In this document: piece after piece, positions 10,081 through 19,852 of the stretch | Numbering within the stretch: the first letter of the stretch is position 1 | Layout of the letters: each line of letters opens with the position of its first letter | NCBI GenBank assembly: GCA_024408075.1 | Contig: JAKSVK010000005.1 | Coordinates: forward strand, 4,942-68,941 | Length of the DNA: 64,000 nt | DNA from: Bacilli bacterium | GTDB taxonomy: Bacteria > Bacillota_I > Bacilli_A > RFN20 > CAG-826 | Direction: 5' to 3' | The notes under the pieces: generated by a model | Seen by the model: the letters and a program-made list of their open reading frames with translations, nothing else | Database searches by the model: none | What the model was told of the DNA's origin: nothing | Made by a program: the position numbers and the translations under genes

Positions 10081-10986
10081 TTAACCTTTTATTACTGGTG
10101 GGAGTTCAATCAAATTTCCCAATGTTAAGTCCCAATTATTTGGAATAAATTTCTTAAATCCACAATCGGAAAAGAATGTATATTCTGAAAAATACACTTT
10201 GTTATTAATAATATAAAAATCGGTACGAATGTGTGGAAAATCAGCACTTAATTTTCTTGCTAAATTCAAAATTTCATCTAGTTTTTTAGGTTTTGGCAAA
10301 ACAATAGAACTATTTGGAAAATTCTGTCTAATATCAAGCTTTTTCCAATTTACATCATAATAATCAACAGTTTCATTTTTTGTTTTATCATTCAAAATTA
10401 CTTGAATAAGTTTTGGTTCGCCACCAAAGTTTAGGACTTTATAAACTGGTAACACATCGTAGTTTCCATCTTTCATATATGTTTCTACCAAAATTCTTGG
10501 TTTTACATTTTTATATGGCCATTCTCTGCCACGATAAAAATAATTCTGTTTCATAAGATTCTTAAACTTTTCCTTATACAAACCAGGTTCAAATTCATTC
10601 TTATTTTTACAAATAACGACGCCACCGCTATTATGGGTTAATTTAATTACAAATTGATTAGGCAGAATATCAAAGTCAATTTCATCAAAAGAATTATAAA
10701 TTCCAATTGAAGGAATAACATATTGTTCACCAATTTTTTCGGAAATAATTTTTTTAACATCATATTTATCTACCATTGTCGAAAAATCTTTTTTACGATA
10801 ATACAGTTTCAGCCATTGAAGTTTTTCATTAAATGTTTTTGGCTGTTTTAAATTTAGTCTTTCGCCAGTTTCAATTTTATAACAAATTTTTAAGTATGTT
10901 TTGTCGTTAATCCAATTTAGAAAACCATGATCACGAAATGAAAAAAATAATTTTTTGAATGTATATTTTTGTTTTCTTTTATTCAT
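10081..10986 (-). CDS. TupA-like ATP-grasp protein (teichuronopeptide-type amidoligase family)
   Basis: Family hallmark FNEKLQWLKLYYRK is present, along with VIKLTHNSGGVVICKN and a C-terminal DFYIINNKVYFSEYTF. Call is by motif recognition only. Confidence 0.65.
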   Translation of the reverse strand: MNKRKQKYTFKKLFFSFRDHGFLNWINDKTYLKICYKIETGERLNLKQPKTFNEKLQWLKLYYRKKDFSTMVDKYDVKKIISEKIGEQYVIPSIGIYNSFDEIDFDILPNQFVIKLTHNSGGVVICKNKNEFEPGLYKEKFKNLMKQNYFYRGREWPYKNVKPRILVETYMKDGNYDVLPVYKVLNFGGEPKLIQVILNDKTKNETVDYYDVNWKKLDIRQNFPNSSIVLPKPKKLDEILNLARKLSADFPHIRTDFYIINNKVYFSEYTFFSDCGFKKFIPNNWDLTLGNLIELPPVIKG

Positions 10987-10993
10987 AATAATC

Positions 10994-12076
10994 TTATTTC
11001 TCCATTATATCTTTAATGTAATTCAGCCATTGCAAATAAATTACATCCGGTTTAAAACTAGCAGCCTTCTTTTTTCCTTCAATAGAAAATTTGTTCTTTA
11101 GACTAATATCTTTTGATAAAGATAGCATTGATTTAGCTAATATTTCAACATTGTTTACAGGTACTAATAATCCATTGACATTGTTTTCAATTAAATATCT
11201 AGGTCCTCCGCACGGACAATCTGTTGAAATGCATGGTGTCCCAGAAGCCAATGCTTCCATTAAAACATTTGGCATTCCTTCAAAATTAGAAGACAAAACA
11301 AACATATCTGCAGTGGAAAGTATCTGTTCAACATTATCAACGTGACCAGACAAACGGACTCTTTCTTGAAGGTTTAACAAAGATATATAATCAAGTAATT
11401 CTTCTTTAATTTTTCCATCTCCATAAATGCTTAATGTAGTCTTAGGATTTTCATTTTTAATTAAATTAAATGCATTAATAAGTAATTTATAATTTTTTTG
11501 TGGCATTAATCTTCCAATAGATATTATATTTCCTTCAATTGGATTTCTACTTATAGAAAAGAATTCTTCTTTCACCGCGTTTAAAATAATTGTTGATTTA
11601 TTTTGCAATTTTTTAGGGAAAAAAGTTTTTGCCTCTTCTGTTTGAAATACACATCCATCAGCTTTTGGCATAAGTTTTTTACTTATCCATTTACCCATTT
11701 TGCCTGAATATACAATTTTTGGATCATTTCTTACAGAAAGAATAGTCTTAACTTTTAATCCCCTGGTAGCAAGTATAGCTCTAAAATTAGGCTCTAACAT
11801 GAATGAAAGAACAACATCAGGCTTCTCCGCTTTGATAATTTTTCTTAATGCTTTAATCCTTTTTATATTTTTAATAAATCTACTTTTATTTTCATTACAT
11901 TTTTCTTCAAGATAAACTCTTTTTACATTATGACAAGTATAATACTCGTTCAGTGTTTTATATGTGTTTACTAAAACAACATCGTTTCCATCTGCTTGAA
12001 ATAAATTTGATAAGTTAGCAACAACGCGTTCAGCTCCACCGTCACTAAGAATGTTTATATAAAAAAGCAATTTCAT
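10994..12076 (-). CDS. Glycosyltransferase, GT4
   Basis: DGGAERV N-terminus and SNFEGMPNVLMEALASGTPCISTD (EX7E). Confidence 0.8.
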   Translation of the reverse strand: MKLLFYINILSDGGAERVVANLSNLFQADGNDVVLVNTYKTLNEYYTCHNVKRVYLEEKCNENKSRFIKNIKRIKALRKIIKAEKPDVVLSFMLEPNFRAILATRGLKVKTILSVRNDPKIVYSGKMGKWISKKLMPKADGCVFQTEEAKTFFPKKLQNKSTIILNAVKEEFFSISRNPIEGNIISIGRLMPQKNYKLLINAFNLIKNENPKTTLSIYGDGKIKEELLDYISLLNLQERVRLSGHVDNVEQILSTADMFVLSSNFEGMPNVLMEALASGTPCISTDCPCGGPRYLIENNVNGLLVPVNNVEILAKSMLSLSKDISLKNKFSIEGKKKAASFKPDVIYLQWLNYIKDIMEK

Positions 12077-12080
12077 TGTT

Positions 12081-13130
12081 CTAATTTCCTTTTCTTACTA
12101 AATATTCCTTTTTAACAGCGTTTTTGTATTTCGCTATATCCATCATTTCATTTGCGGTTTTTAGACAATTTTCAGACATTTCATTGTGAATTTTTATATT
12201 TTCTATAAGTAATATACACTTTTTTGCCAATTCGTTATTTTCCTCACTTAGATAACCATTGTAATTATCTTTTATAACATTTTTAACTCCATCAACTGGA
12301 GTACTAACAACTGGAACGCCTAAAGACAATGCTTCGAGAATACACATTGGTGTTCCTTCCCAATAAGAAGTCATTAACATAACTTTAGAATCTTTTAATA
12401 TTTTATATGGATTTGATTGGAAACCAAGGAAATCAATTTTTTCTTTAATACCCAATCTTGTTGCTTCATCGACAGTTTCTTTTTCTAAATCTCCACTACC
12501 GATTACTGCAATTTTGACATTTGGTTTTAGATCAATAATAGTTTTAAATACATTCATTAATCTGATTGGATTTTTTTGAGTAGTTAATCTTCCTAAATAA
12601 ACAATATCGTATGAGTATTCATTTTTATCTAAAGACATTTTCTGTTTTAATGAATCAATATCTATTATATTATATAAAACTTCACTTTTCTTTTTAAGAA
12701 ACTTATGAAAAGCGTATCCTTCGTAAGAGCTTTGTGAAACCCAAAAAATGTGGTCAAACTTTCTCGATCCGATTAAATAAGCAATTGATTTAACGGATAA
12801 ACCACGAGAATTAAAATTATTGTTATGCACATGCGAAATTAATCTAGTTTTCTTACAACATCTTGAAGCAACAAACGACGCTCTCATATCATGAGCGTGG
12901 ATAATATCTGGTTTTTGTTCTTTGATTACCCTTTTTACTTCTTTTCTAGTTAAAGATTTAATGGGGACAAATTTAATATTTCTTTGTAGTAATTCTTCTT
13001 TGATTTGTCCATCACGGCTGCAATAAAACATTTCAACATTTTTTTCGTCATTAAAAAGATTTATAATTTGGCACACAACATTTTCTGCGCCAGAAAAATG
13101 ATTGCTTTGTAATAAGTGCATAACTTTCAT
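12081..13130 (-). CDS. Glycosyltransferase, GT4
   Basis: FSGAENV N-terminus and SYWEGTPMCILEALSLGVPVVST. Confidence 0.8.
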   Translation of the reverse strand: MKVMHLLQSNHFSGAENVVCQIINLFNDEKNVEMFYCSRDGQIKEELLQRNIKFVPIKSLTRKEVKRVIKEQKPDIIHAHDMRASFVASRCCKKTRLISHVHNNNFNSRGLSVKSIAYLIGSRKFDHIFWVSQSSYEGYAFHKFLKKKSEVLYNIIDIDSLKQKMSLDKNEYSYDIVYLGRLTTQKNPIRLMNVFKTIIDLKPNVKIAVIGSGDLEKETVDEATRLGIKEKIDFLGFQSNPYKILKDSKVMLMTSYWEGTPMCILEALSLGVPVVSTPVDGVKNVIKDNYNGYLSEENNELAKKCILLIENIKIHNEMSENCLKTANEMMDIAKYKNAVKKEYLVRKGN

Positions 13131-14314
13131 GATCGGACCTCTTTCGAATTATGTTTTGTTAAAACTTCTTTGTATATTTTTTTCATTTCTTCTTTTACAA
13201 CTGAGACATCATATTCTTTTATTTTTTCAAGGTTAGATAATTTCATTTTCCTAAGCAAATCTCCATTATTTATAAGGAATTTGATAGAATTTGCAAAGGA
13301 ATTTGAATCTTTAGGATTACATAAAATTCCATTAATTCCATCTTCAATAAGATCAATATTTCCTCTAATGTTTGAAGCGATACACGGTAAACCTGAAGCC
13401 ATTGCTTCCATCAACGATCTAGGCAAACCTTCTTGCAATGTTGTAAATAAGAATATATCGCAAGAAAGCATGATTTCTTTAATGTCTTGTCTAAATCCTA
13501 AAAAATGAATTTGGTTTTCAATGCCTAGTTTTTTTGCTAATGCTTTAAGGCTTTCTAGTTCAGGACCTATACCACAAATCAAATAATGGATGTGGAGATT
13601 ATTGCACGCTTTAATAGCACAAATAGCAGTTAAATAATTTTTCCTTTTTATTAAGTCACCGGCAGAAATTAATGCAATATCATCTTCTTTTAAACCTAAC
13701 TCTTTTCGTTTTTCCTTCCTATCAATAGAAATATTTTCAAAATCTTTTAGCGTTATTCCAACTCCATGAACTTTATAAACTTTTCCACCACTTTTTAATT
13801 TAAATTTCTTTGCAGCTTCATAATCTTCATTATTCATAGTAATTATTGCATCAGTTGAACGGGCTAAACGACGTTCAATAAATTTAAAAACTACGTTTTT
13901 AAATAGTGAACCACCTTTATAAAAATGAAAACCATGAGCAGTATAAATAACCTTATCAACATGATTTTTCTTTCCTATTTGTCTTCCTATTAATCCACCA
14001 ATTGGGGTATTACAGTGAATACATTTGCAATTTGTTTTCTTCACAATCTCATCAAGATTCTTACGAGCTTTACGTATTTCTTTAAAATTAAAAATATTTC
14101 TATACACGCATCCTTCATAAAAGTGAATTGGATAATCACATTTGATTTCTTCGGCATTTTGTCTATTTAAGCTCATATAGCAATCAAAGCCTAAATCAAG
14201 TGCCGCTTCAATAGGAGGCACAGAAAAATTACTTAGTTTAACATCTTCTCGACTGATGTAAGCTTCTAATGAAGGCTTATTTCCGTTTGTAACAAATATA
14301 TATCCGTTTTCCAT
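13127..14314 (-). CDS. Glycosyltransferase, GT4
   Basis: TLQEGLPRSLMEAMASGLPCIASN (EX7E). ATGA overlap with the downstream GT4 gene. Confidence 0.8.
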   Translation of the reverse strand: MENGYIFVTNGNKPSLEAYISREDVKLSNFSVPPIEAALDLGFDCYMSLNRQNAEEIKCDYPIHFYEGCVYRNIFNFKEIRKARKNLDEIVKKTNCKCIHCNTPIGGLIGRQIGKKNHVDKVIYTAHGFHFYKGGSLFKNVVFKFIERRLARSTDAIITMNNEDYEAAKKFKLKSGGKVYKVHGVGITLKDFENISIDRKEKRKELGLKEDDIALISAGDLIKRKNYLTAICAIKACNNLHIHYLICGIGPELESLKALAKKLGIENQIHFLGFRQDIKEIMLSCDIFLFTTLQEGLPRSLMEAMASGLPCIASNIRGNIDLIEDGINGILCNPKDSNSFANSIKFLINNGDLLRKMKLSNLEKIKEYDVSVVKEEMKKIYKEVLTKHNSKEVRS

Positions 14315-14337
14315 ATTAATTTAATGCAATTTGCCTA

Positions 14338-15051
14338 TTAATCTTTCCACAATCTATTTAAATACCTAGTTAAGTTAAAAGGCAAAACATTATGATGAAC
14401 GTCATCAATAACCATGCCTTGTTTTTTAAACTTTTTAACGTAATAAACATTTGAATTAGAGTTCGCGTATTCTTTCCACTGTTTATTTCCTGTTAAGAAC
14501 AACGATTTTTTTCCTTTGGTTACTTCTAGGAATTTTTTGAAATTTTCAAAAGTACAACTAAATGAGTCATTCATTTTAAAGAGTATTTTATTGAAATTCA
14601 TTCTAGTTTTTCTACGATCCCATTTAGATTTAAGATCTTCAAAAGTTTTGTAATGCCAACAAACAAAATCAACATCGCCCAACCTACAATAAACAAATTT
14701 TCTAAAATCAGAACCTTCAAAATCATGTTTTTGATTTCTTTCAACCATCTGATCATAAAAGTGAAATGATTCAAGATCAATTTCTGTTAATTCTTCATTC
14801 ATATAGCGAGGTAAATCTGAAATAAATCTAACAAAATCCTCTGGTGGAAATAACAAATTAGTAGTTGGAGTTTTATATGGAATTTGGTACCTGGAATACA
14901 CTTTCCAATCCCAACAATTATTTGAAATGATAGTAAAATCTTTGTTTTTAAGAAAAATTCGACGAATAGGGCCAAATAACTTATCGGATTTTCTTTGCAT
15001 TTTTATTCGCGTTTTACATATTTTCTTTTTTATATTCATCATGCTCATCAT
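14338..15051 (-). CDS. DUF1919-like exopolysaccharide biosynthesis protein
   Basis: FTIISNNCWDWKVYSRYQIPYKTPTTNLLF resembles the conserved DUF1919 N-terminus seen in EPS loci. The start codon is ambiguous (several Met in the first 18 aa). Confidence 0.5.
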   Translation of the reverse strand: MMSMMNIKKKICKTRIKMQRKSDKLFGPIRRIFLKNKDFTIISNNCWDWKVYSRYQIPYKTPTTNLLFPPEDFVRFISDLPRYMNEELTEIDLESFHFYDQMVERNQKHDFEGSDFRKFVYCRLGDVDFVCWHYKTFEDLKSKWDRRKTRMNFNKILFKMNDSFSCTFENFKKFLEVTKGKKSLFLTGNKQWKEYANSNSNVYYVKKFKKQGMVIDDVHHNVLPFNLTRYLNRLWKD

Positions 15052-15054
15052 TCT

Positions 15055-16122
15055 TTACCTATTTTTGTGAAATTTAATCTTAATTTTTCTTAAAAAGTTA
15101 ATTATGAAACAAGCGTTATCTAACCAAAACGAAGATGTTAGGCAAAATAAAGGCAAATGGATTTTCGAATCGCCTAGTTTAAATCGTTTGAACAATCTAT
15201 GCTTTTTAAGATCTTTTTTATGTTTTTTAAGGAACAACTTATTTTTATGAACTAAAGTTTTGAATTTTAAATGCTTATCACGAGCATTCCCACCTCGCAA
15301 TATAATATCCATAACCACATTGCCCATAAGCCAATAATAGATATTTGACATTTGTCTATTTAAATTCAAATTTTTAGTTCTACAAATATTTAATAAAGTT
15401 TCAATTATGACTTCAAAACCTTCTTGGAAAGGTTTGTCTTTTTTTGTAACTCTGGAATTATTACGCACTCTATGATACAGCATTGCTTCATTACAAAAAC
15501 AGATAGTTGGACAAAATAACGCAATAGAATGATTAAACAAAAGTTCAGATCCATTGTAGGTTTTATTTAATTCAATCATTATTCCAGTATTTTTAACAAA
15601 ATCAGTTCGATACATTTTATTCCATATATCCGAAAGAAGACACTGTTGAGAAATTTCATAAAATTTGTCATATAGAACATCGTTCGTAACAGTTAATTTT
15701 TCGCATGTTATTGGTGGCATAAATCCAATATGAAAATCGTTTTTTCCATCGGTAAAAATATTAATGCCACACACAGAAATATCACCGTCTTTGTCTTTGA
15801 TTGTTTTATATAATTTTTCTATATAATCATTGGATACATAGTCATCAGAATCTACGGATACAAAATATTTTCCTTTAGCTATTTCAATTCCAAATTGTCT
15901 AGATAATCCATTCCCAACATTTTCTCTATGAAAAACTTTAAACCTGCTGTCTTTTAAATATTCATCGCAAATTTTCGCTGAATTATCTGTTGAGCCATCA
16001 TCAATAACTAAGATTTCTAAATTTTTATAAGTCTGATTTAAAACGGAGTCAAGAGTCTCCCTAACATAATTTTCCACATTATAAACTGGAATTATTACAG
16101 ATATTAAATCAAGTTGTTCCAT
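15055..16122 (-). CDS. Glycosyltransferase, GT2
   Basis: ISVIIPVYNVENYVRETLDSVLNQTY, VIDDGSTD and VSVDSDD (DxD). Confidence 0.85.
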   Translation of the reverse strand: MEQLDLISVIIPVYNVENYVRETLDSVLNQTYKNLEILVIDDGSTDNSAKICDEYLKDSRFKVFHRENVGNGLSRQFGIEIAKGKYFVSVDSDDYVSNDYIEKLYKTIKDKDGDISVCGINIFTDGKNDFHIGFMPPITCEKLTVTNDVLYDKFYEISQQCLLSDIWNKMYRTDFVKNTGIMIELNKTYNGSELLFNHSIALFCPTICFCNEAMLYHRVRNNSRVTKKDKPFQEGFEVIIETLLNICRTKNLNLNRQMSNIYYWLMGNVVMDIILRGGNARDKHLKFKTLVHKNKLFLKKHKKDLKKHRLFKRFKLGDSKIHLPLFCLTSSFWLDNACFIINFLRKIKIKFHKNR

Positions 16123-16126
16123 ATAC

Positions 16127-17245
16127 TTATTTTTTCTTCCAATTTTTAATTAATTTTTTAGAAATATCCGCGAATTGCTGAGAATATTCACCAAAAAGAG
16201 GTCCAGTAGCAAGTTGTGAATGATACATTCCAATACCTCTTAAATTCCATTCAATAAAGATTGGATTATCATCTTTATCAATGGTTATATCCCAACCAAT
16301 AATTCCTAACATAGGCATTGATTCATGTGCCTTAAGTGCAAGTTCAATTACCTTTTTATAAGAAGGGACTTTAATCCCTCCAAATTTGACGCCATTTGGA
16401 AGAGTTTGAATTTGTTTTGCATTTTCAAAATATCCAACATCATCTAATTTGCCATTTTCATCAATGCCAATAATAACAACGCCAACTCCTGCCGAAACAT
16501 TTTTATTACACGCTATAGAATCGGTTGTATTACAAAGTAGCGCACTTGACAAAAGTACAGCTTTTCCATTAACAATTGCTGTTACAATCCTCATAGCATT
16601 CACGCTTTTTGGACTTAATTTTTTAAACTCATCACACTGAAGTATTAACTCTTGGATGATGTAATCCTTTTTATAATTGTTGAATATATCATCAACTTCA
16701 TCTTTATTTGAAATAAGTTTAAGATTTTTGCCTTCTCCAGAATCAATGGATGGTTTAACAATTACTGGAAGATTATTCAAAATAATATTTTTAGCATCAT
16801 CAATTTGTACATGAGAATAATTGCTATCAAGAAAATAGCCATTAACATTCCTTAATATTGTTTTTGGAAATGGTAAATTTGGCTGATGTAATTCAAAATA
16901 ATTTTTATCATCCCATGCAGAAACAATCTTTCTATCACTAAGGCCTGGATCTAAATAAACTCGAAATATTTTTTCAGGACAATAACGCACATCAAATTTT
17001 CCATGAACATTTAGCATTATTTCGTGAGTGACAAAATCACTTTTTTTCGGATCTTTAATGCCCCAATAAGATACAATTTCCTTTTTTTCGTTTCTTGTTA
17101 ACTTTTTCCAATTTTTATAATTTGGTTTTGCGTCTTTCAATTGATTAAAAGAATAATGTTTTGACCAATTCCTTCTAAAAGAATCATGAATAAAAGCATC
17201 AAATCTAAGATAGATATTAGTAAAACTAGGCTTTATATAATTCAT
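16127..17245 (-). CDS. ATP-grasp ligase, sugar-transfer-associated type (paralog A)
   Basis: VIVKPSIDSGEGKNLKLI and C-terminal IEWNLRGIGMYHSQLATGPLFGEY. Clearly homologous along its whole length to the adjacent ORF 17242-18357. Confidence 0.6.
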   Translation of the reverse strand: MNYIKPSFTNIYLRFDAFIHDSFRRNWSKHYSFNQLKDAKPNYKNWKKLTRNEKKEIVSYWGIKDPKKSDFVTHEIMLNVHGKFDVRYCPEKIFRVYLDPGLSDRKIVSAWDDKNYFELHQPNLPFPKTILRNVNGYFLDSNYSHVQIDDAKNIILNNLPVIVKPSIDSGEGKNLKLISNKDEVDDIFNNYKKDYIIQELILQCDEFKKLSPKSVNAMRIVTAIVNGKAVLLSSALLCNTTDSIACNKNVSAGVGVVIIGIDENGKLDDVGYFENAKQIQTLPNGVKFGGIKVPSYKKVIELALKAHESMPMLGIIGWDITIDKDDNPIFIEWNLRGIGMYHSQLATGPLFGEYSQQFADISKKLIKNWKKK

Positions 17246-18357
17246 TTTGTTTCCTTCCTAAATACTTCATCTAAAATTTTTTCTGTTAGATCACCGAAAA
17301 ATGGTCCCATTAAAGCTTGAGTATACATTGTGTCAATTTTACGCATATTAACTTCAATTAAAACTATATTTTCATTTTCATCAACACATAAATCAACTCC
17401 AACAAACCTAAAATGACCTGTATACAAACTTACTTTTTTAGCGGTTTCAAGCATACATTCAAAATTAGGAATTTTAATTTGAGACAGAGGCATTCCATCT
17501 GGATGAGTTTTAAGGCGATTACCACTATGAAAATCAGAAGAACTTATTGCGTTTGGCATTATTGTTCCATCTTCATTAATTGGGGCAAGAATGCTAGATT
17601 TTGCACTAACATTATCAACACGACTAGTTCCTGCTCCCATTCTCATAACAGCACTTAAAATATGAACACCATCTTCTAACAACATTGTGGTAACTCTAAC
17701 CGTATTCAAAGATTCAGGATGCATTTTTCCCATTTCCGGATGCTGTTTAATTATTTGCTGAACAACAAAATTTTGTTCTTTTCCATTTAAAAGATTATCG
17801 AGTGCTTTTTTATCGGTTTTTGTATTATAAAATTTAATATTTTTGCCACCACCCGTATCTTGAGAAGGTTTAACTATTACTTCATCATTTTTTAATATAA
17901 TATCCATGGCTTTTTTTGATGTTAGTAATTCGTAATTTTCATCAAACAACAATGAATCAATCTTTCTAACTAATGTTTTTGGTTGTTTAAATTTAGAAAA
18001 AATTAAAGAGTAATTATTTTTATCATTAAAACCATATGATAGTTTTCTAGAATTAAAATGTTGGTCAATTTTAGTTTGCATTATATCTTCAGGAATATAA
18101 CGTGGATCAAACTTGCCAGTCATAAAAGTAAAATATCTAAACCAATTCATTTTTACTTTACAATAAGGTTTCCAATATGCTCGTACAGCTTTTTTCTGTT
18201 TCGAAGTTAGTCTAGGCATTCCTTTTATTAATTTTCTTAGTTGTTTTCTTTTTAAGAAAATAACTCCAATATTCTCAGCTTTAATTGCAGGAGCCTCAAA
18301 CAATTTATAATATAAATTTCTAACTCTTTTACTTATTTTCATCTTTTTGCTCCTCAC
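17242..18357 (-). CDS. ATP-grasp ligase, sugar-transfer-associated type (paralog B)
   Basis: VIVKPSQDTGGGKNIKFY and IEVNMRKIDTMYTQALMGPFFGDL. ATGA overlap with paralog A, and overlaps the end of the PGT gene. Confidence 0.6.
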   Translation of the reverse strand: MRSKKMKISKRVRNLYYKLFEAPAIKAENIGVIFLKRKQLRKLIKGMPRLTSKQKKAVRAYWKPYCKVKMNWFRYFTFMTGKFDPRYIPEDIMQTKIDQHFNSRKLSYGFNDKNNYSLIFSKFKQPKTLVRKIDSLLFDENYELLTSKKAMDIILKNDEVIVKPSQDTGGGKNIKFYNTKTDKKALDNLLNGKEQNFVVQQIIKQHPEMGKMHPESLNTVRVTTMLLEDGVHILSAVMRMGAGTSRVDNVSAKSSILAPINEDGTIMPNAISSSDFHSGNRLKTHPDGMPLSQIKIPNFECMLETAKKVSLYTGHFRFVGVDLCVDENENIVLIEVNMRKIDTMYTQALMGPFFGDLTEKILDEVFRKETK

Positions 18358-18997
18358 TACTTATTACGCTTGATTTACTTTCATCATTTTTAGAAGACTG
18401 ATTTCTATAAACACCTTTATGAGAGAAAACTGTTGGAACAGTCATAAATAATATTTTTAAATCAAGCCATAATGAAATATGTTCAACATAATAAACATCC
18501 GTTTCGCAATGTTTCAAAAATGAAGTTGAATTCCTTCCTTGTGATTGGTCTAATCCTGTTAGTCCAGGAAGAACATTAAACTTTTTTAAATAGAACTTAG
18601 GATATTTTTCAATATTGCCTAATGGGCTAGGCCTTGGTCCAATAAAAGACATTTGACCAATAAGAATATTAAAAATTTGAGGTAATTCATCTATACTAGT
18701 TTTTCTTATAAATTTGCCTACTTTAGTTACTCTAGGGTCATCAATTGAGTTATAGGTAGTCCCGTCTTCATTTCTAATATCTAACGCATCGACTTTCATG
18801 GATCTGAATTTGAGCATTTTAAATTCTTTTATATTTTTTCCAAGTCTTTTATCTAAATAAAATATTGGACCATGATCCTCAATCAATATTGCAATAGCGA
18901 CGGGAATTGTTATAAGCAATACAAAAGGCATTATGATTAGTGAACCTAATATATCAAAAAACCTTTTAATTATTACCCTATAAAACGTTCTCATCAC
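18329..18997 (-). CDS. Small monotopic phosphoglycosyl transferase (bacterial sugar transferase, PglC/WbaP C-terminal type), the initiating enzyme
   Basis: KRFFDILGSLI, KMLKFRSM and DELPQIFNILIGQMSFIGPRP. Confidence 0.85.
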   Translation of the reverse strand: MMRTFYRVIIKRFFDILGSLIIMPFVLLITIPVAIAILIEDHGPIFYLDKRLGKNIKEFKMLKFRSMKVDALDIRNEDGTTYNSIDDPRVTKVGKFIRKTSIDELPQIFNILIGQMSFIGPRPSPLGNIEKYPKFYLKKFNVLPGLTGLDQSQGRNSTSFLKHCETDVYYVEHISLWLDLKILFMTVPTVFSHKGVYRNQSSKNDESKSSVISSEEQKDENK

Positions 18998-19851
18998 TAC
19001 TTATCCTCTAATTTAATTTTTTGTAGACCTTCCCAAAATGAATACAAATGCTTATACCCAGCATTTTTAATTTTTGATGTATCAAAATACGAATTAATTA
19101 TCGTTTCTTTGATTGAATCGTTATATGTCAAATTCCCTACATTGTCAAAACACTCATTGATTTTTGTAGCAACTTCTAAATTAGTTAATGGTTCTCCACT
19201 TCCTAAATTATAGATTTGGTTTGTTGTTTTGAACTCATAAACGCTCCAAACAAGGGCATTGATTACTTCTCCAACATAAATAAAGTCGCGCTTTGCAATG
19301 CTATTCCCGTTTAATAATAGTTTTTCTTTCGCTTTTGCATTATCGATAAAAATTGAAATCATTCTTTTTAAAACGTCCCCACCATAAACAACACTGCATC
19401 TAAAAATTGTGTATTCAATTCCTTTTAAAGAGTAATTTTTAATAAGTTGCTCACATTTTTGTTTAGATATTCCATATGCTGATTGAGGAAATAGTTCTTG
19501 TTCCTCTGTCCAAGGAATAGCCTTTTGATCTGAATAAACTGCAATTGAAGACAAAAATATAATTCTTTTAACATTTGCATTAACCATTGCTTTTAAAATA
19601 TTCTCAGTTAATTTTTCGTTTTCTTTAAATAAAGAGTAATTATTTTCAGTTCCTCTTCTAGCTGCTAAATGAATAATCACATCTGCACCTTTAAAAATAT
19701 TAGCTAAATTATTAACGCTGTAATCGGTGTTTTCTAAGCCATCTTCTTGATCCTTAGTTAACCCAACTATTTCATCTTTTTTGTTTTCTTTTAAATACGA
19801 AAATAATCTACTTCCAATATTTCCAGATGCACCAGTAATAATTATTTTCAT
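18997..19851 (-). CDS. NAD(P)-dependent epimerase/dehydratase/reductase (SDR)
   Basis: IIITGASGNIGSRL and YGISK (YxxxK). Confidence 0.7.
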   Translation of the reverse strand: MKIIITGASGNIGSRLFSYLKENKKDEIVGLTKDQEDGLENTDYSVNNLANIFKGADVIIHLAARRGTENNYSLFKENEKLTENILKAMVNANVKRIIFLSSIAVYSDQKAIPWTEEQELFPQSAYGISKQKCEQLIKNYSLKGIEYTIFRCSVVYGGDVLKRMISIFIDNAKAKEKLLLNGNSIAKRDFIYVGEVINALVWSVYEFKTTNQIYNLGSGEPLTNLEVATKINECFDNVGNLTYNDSIKETIINSYFDTSKIKNAGYKHLYSFWEGLQKIKLEDK

Positions 19852-19852
19852 T

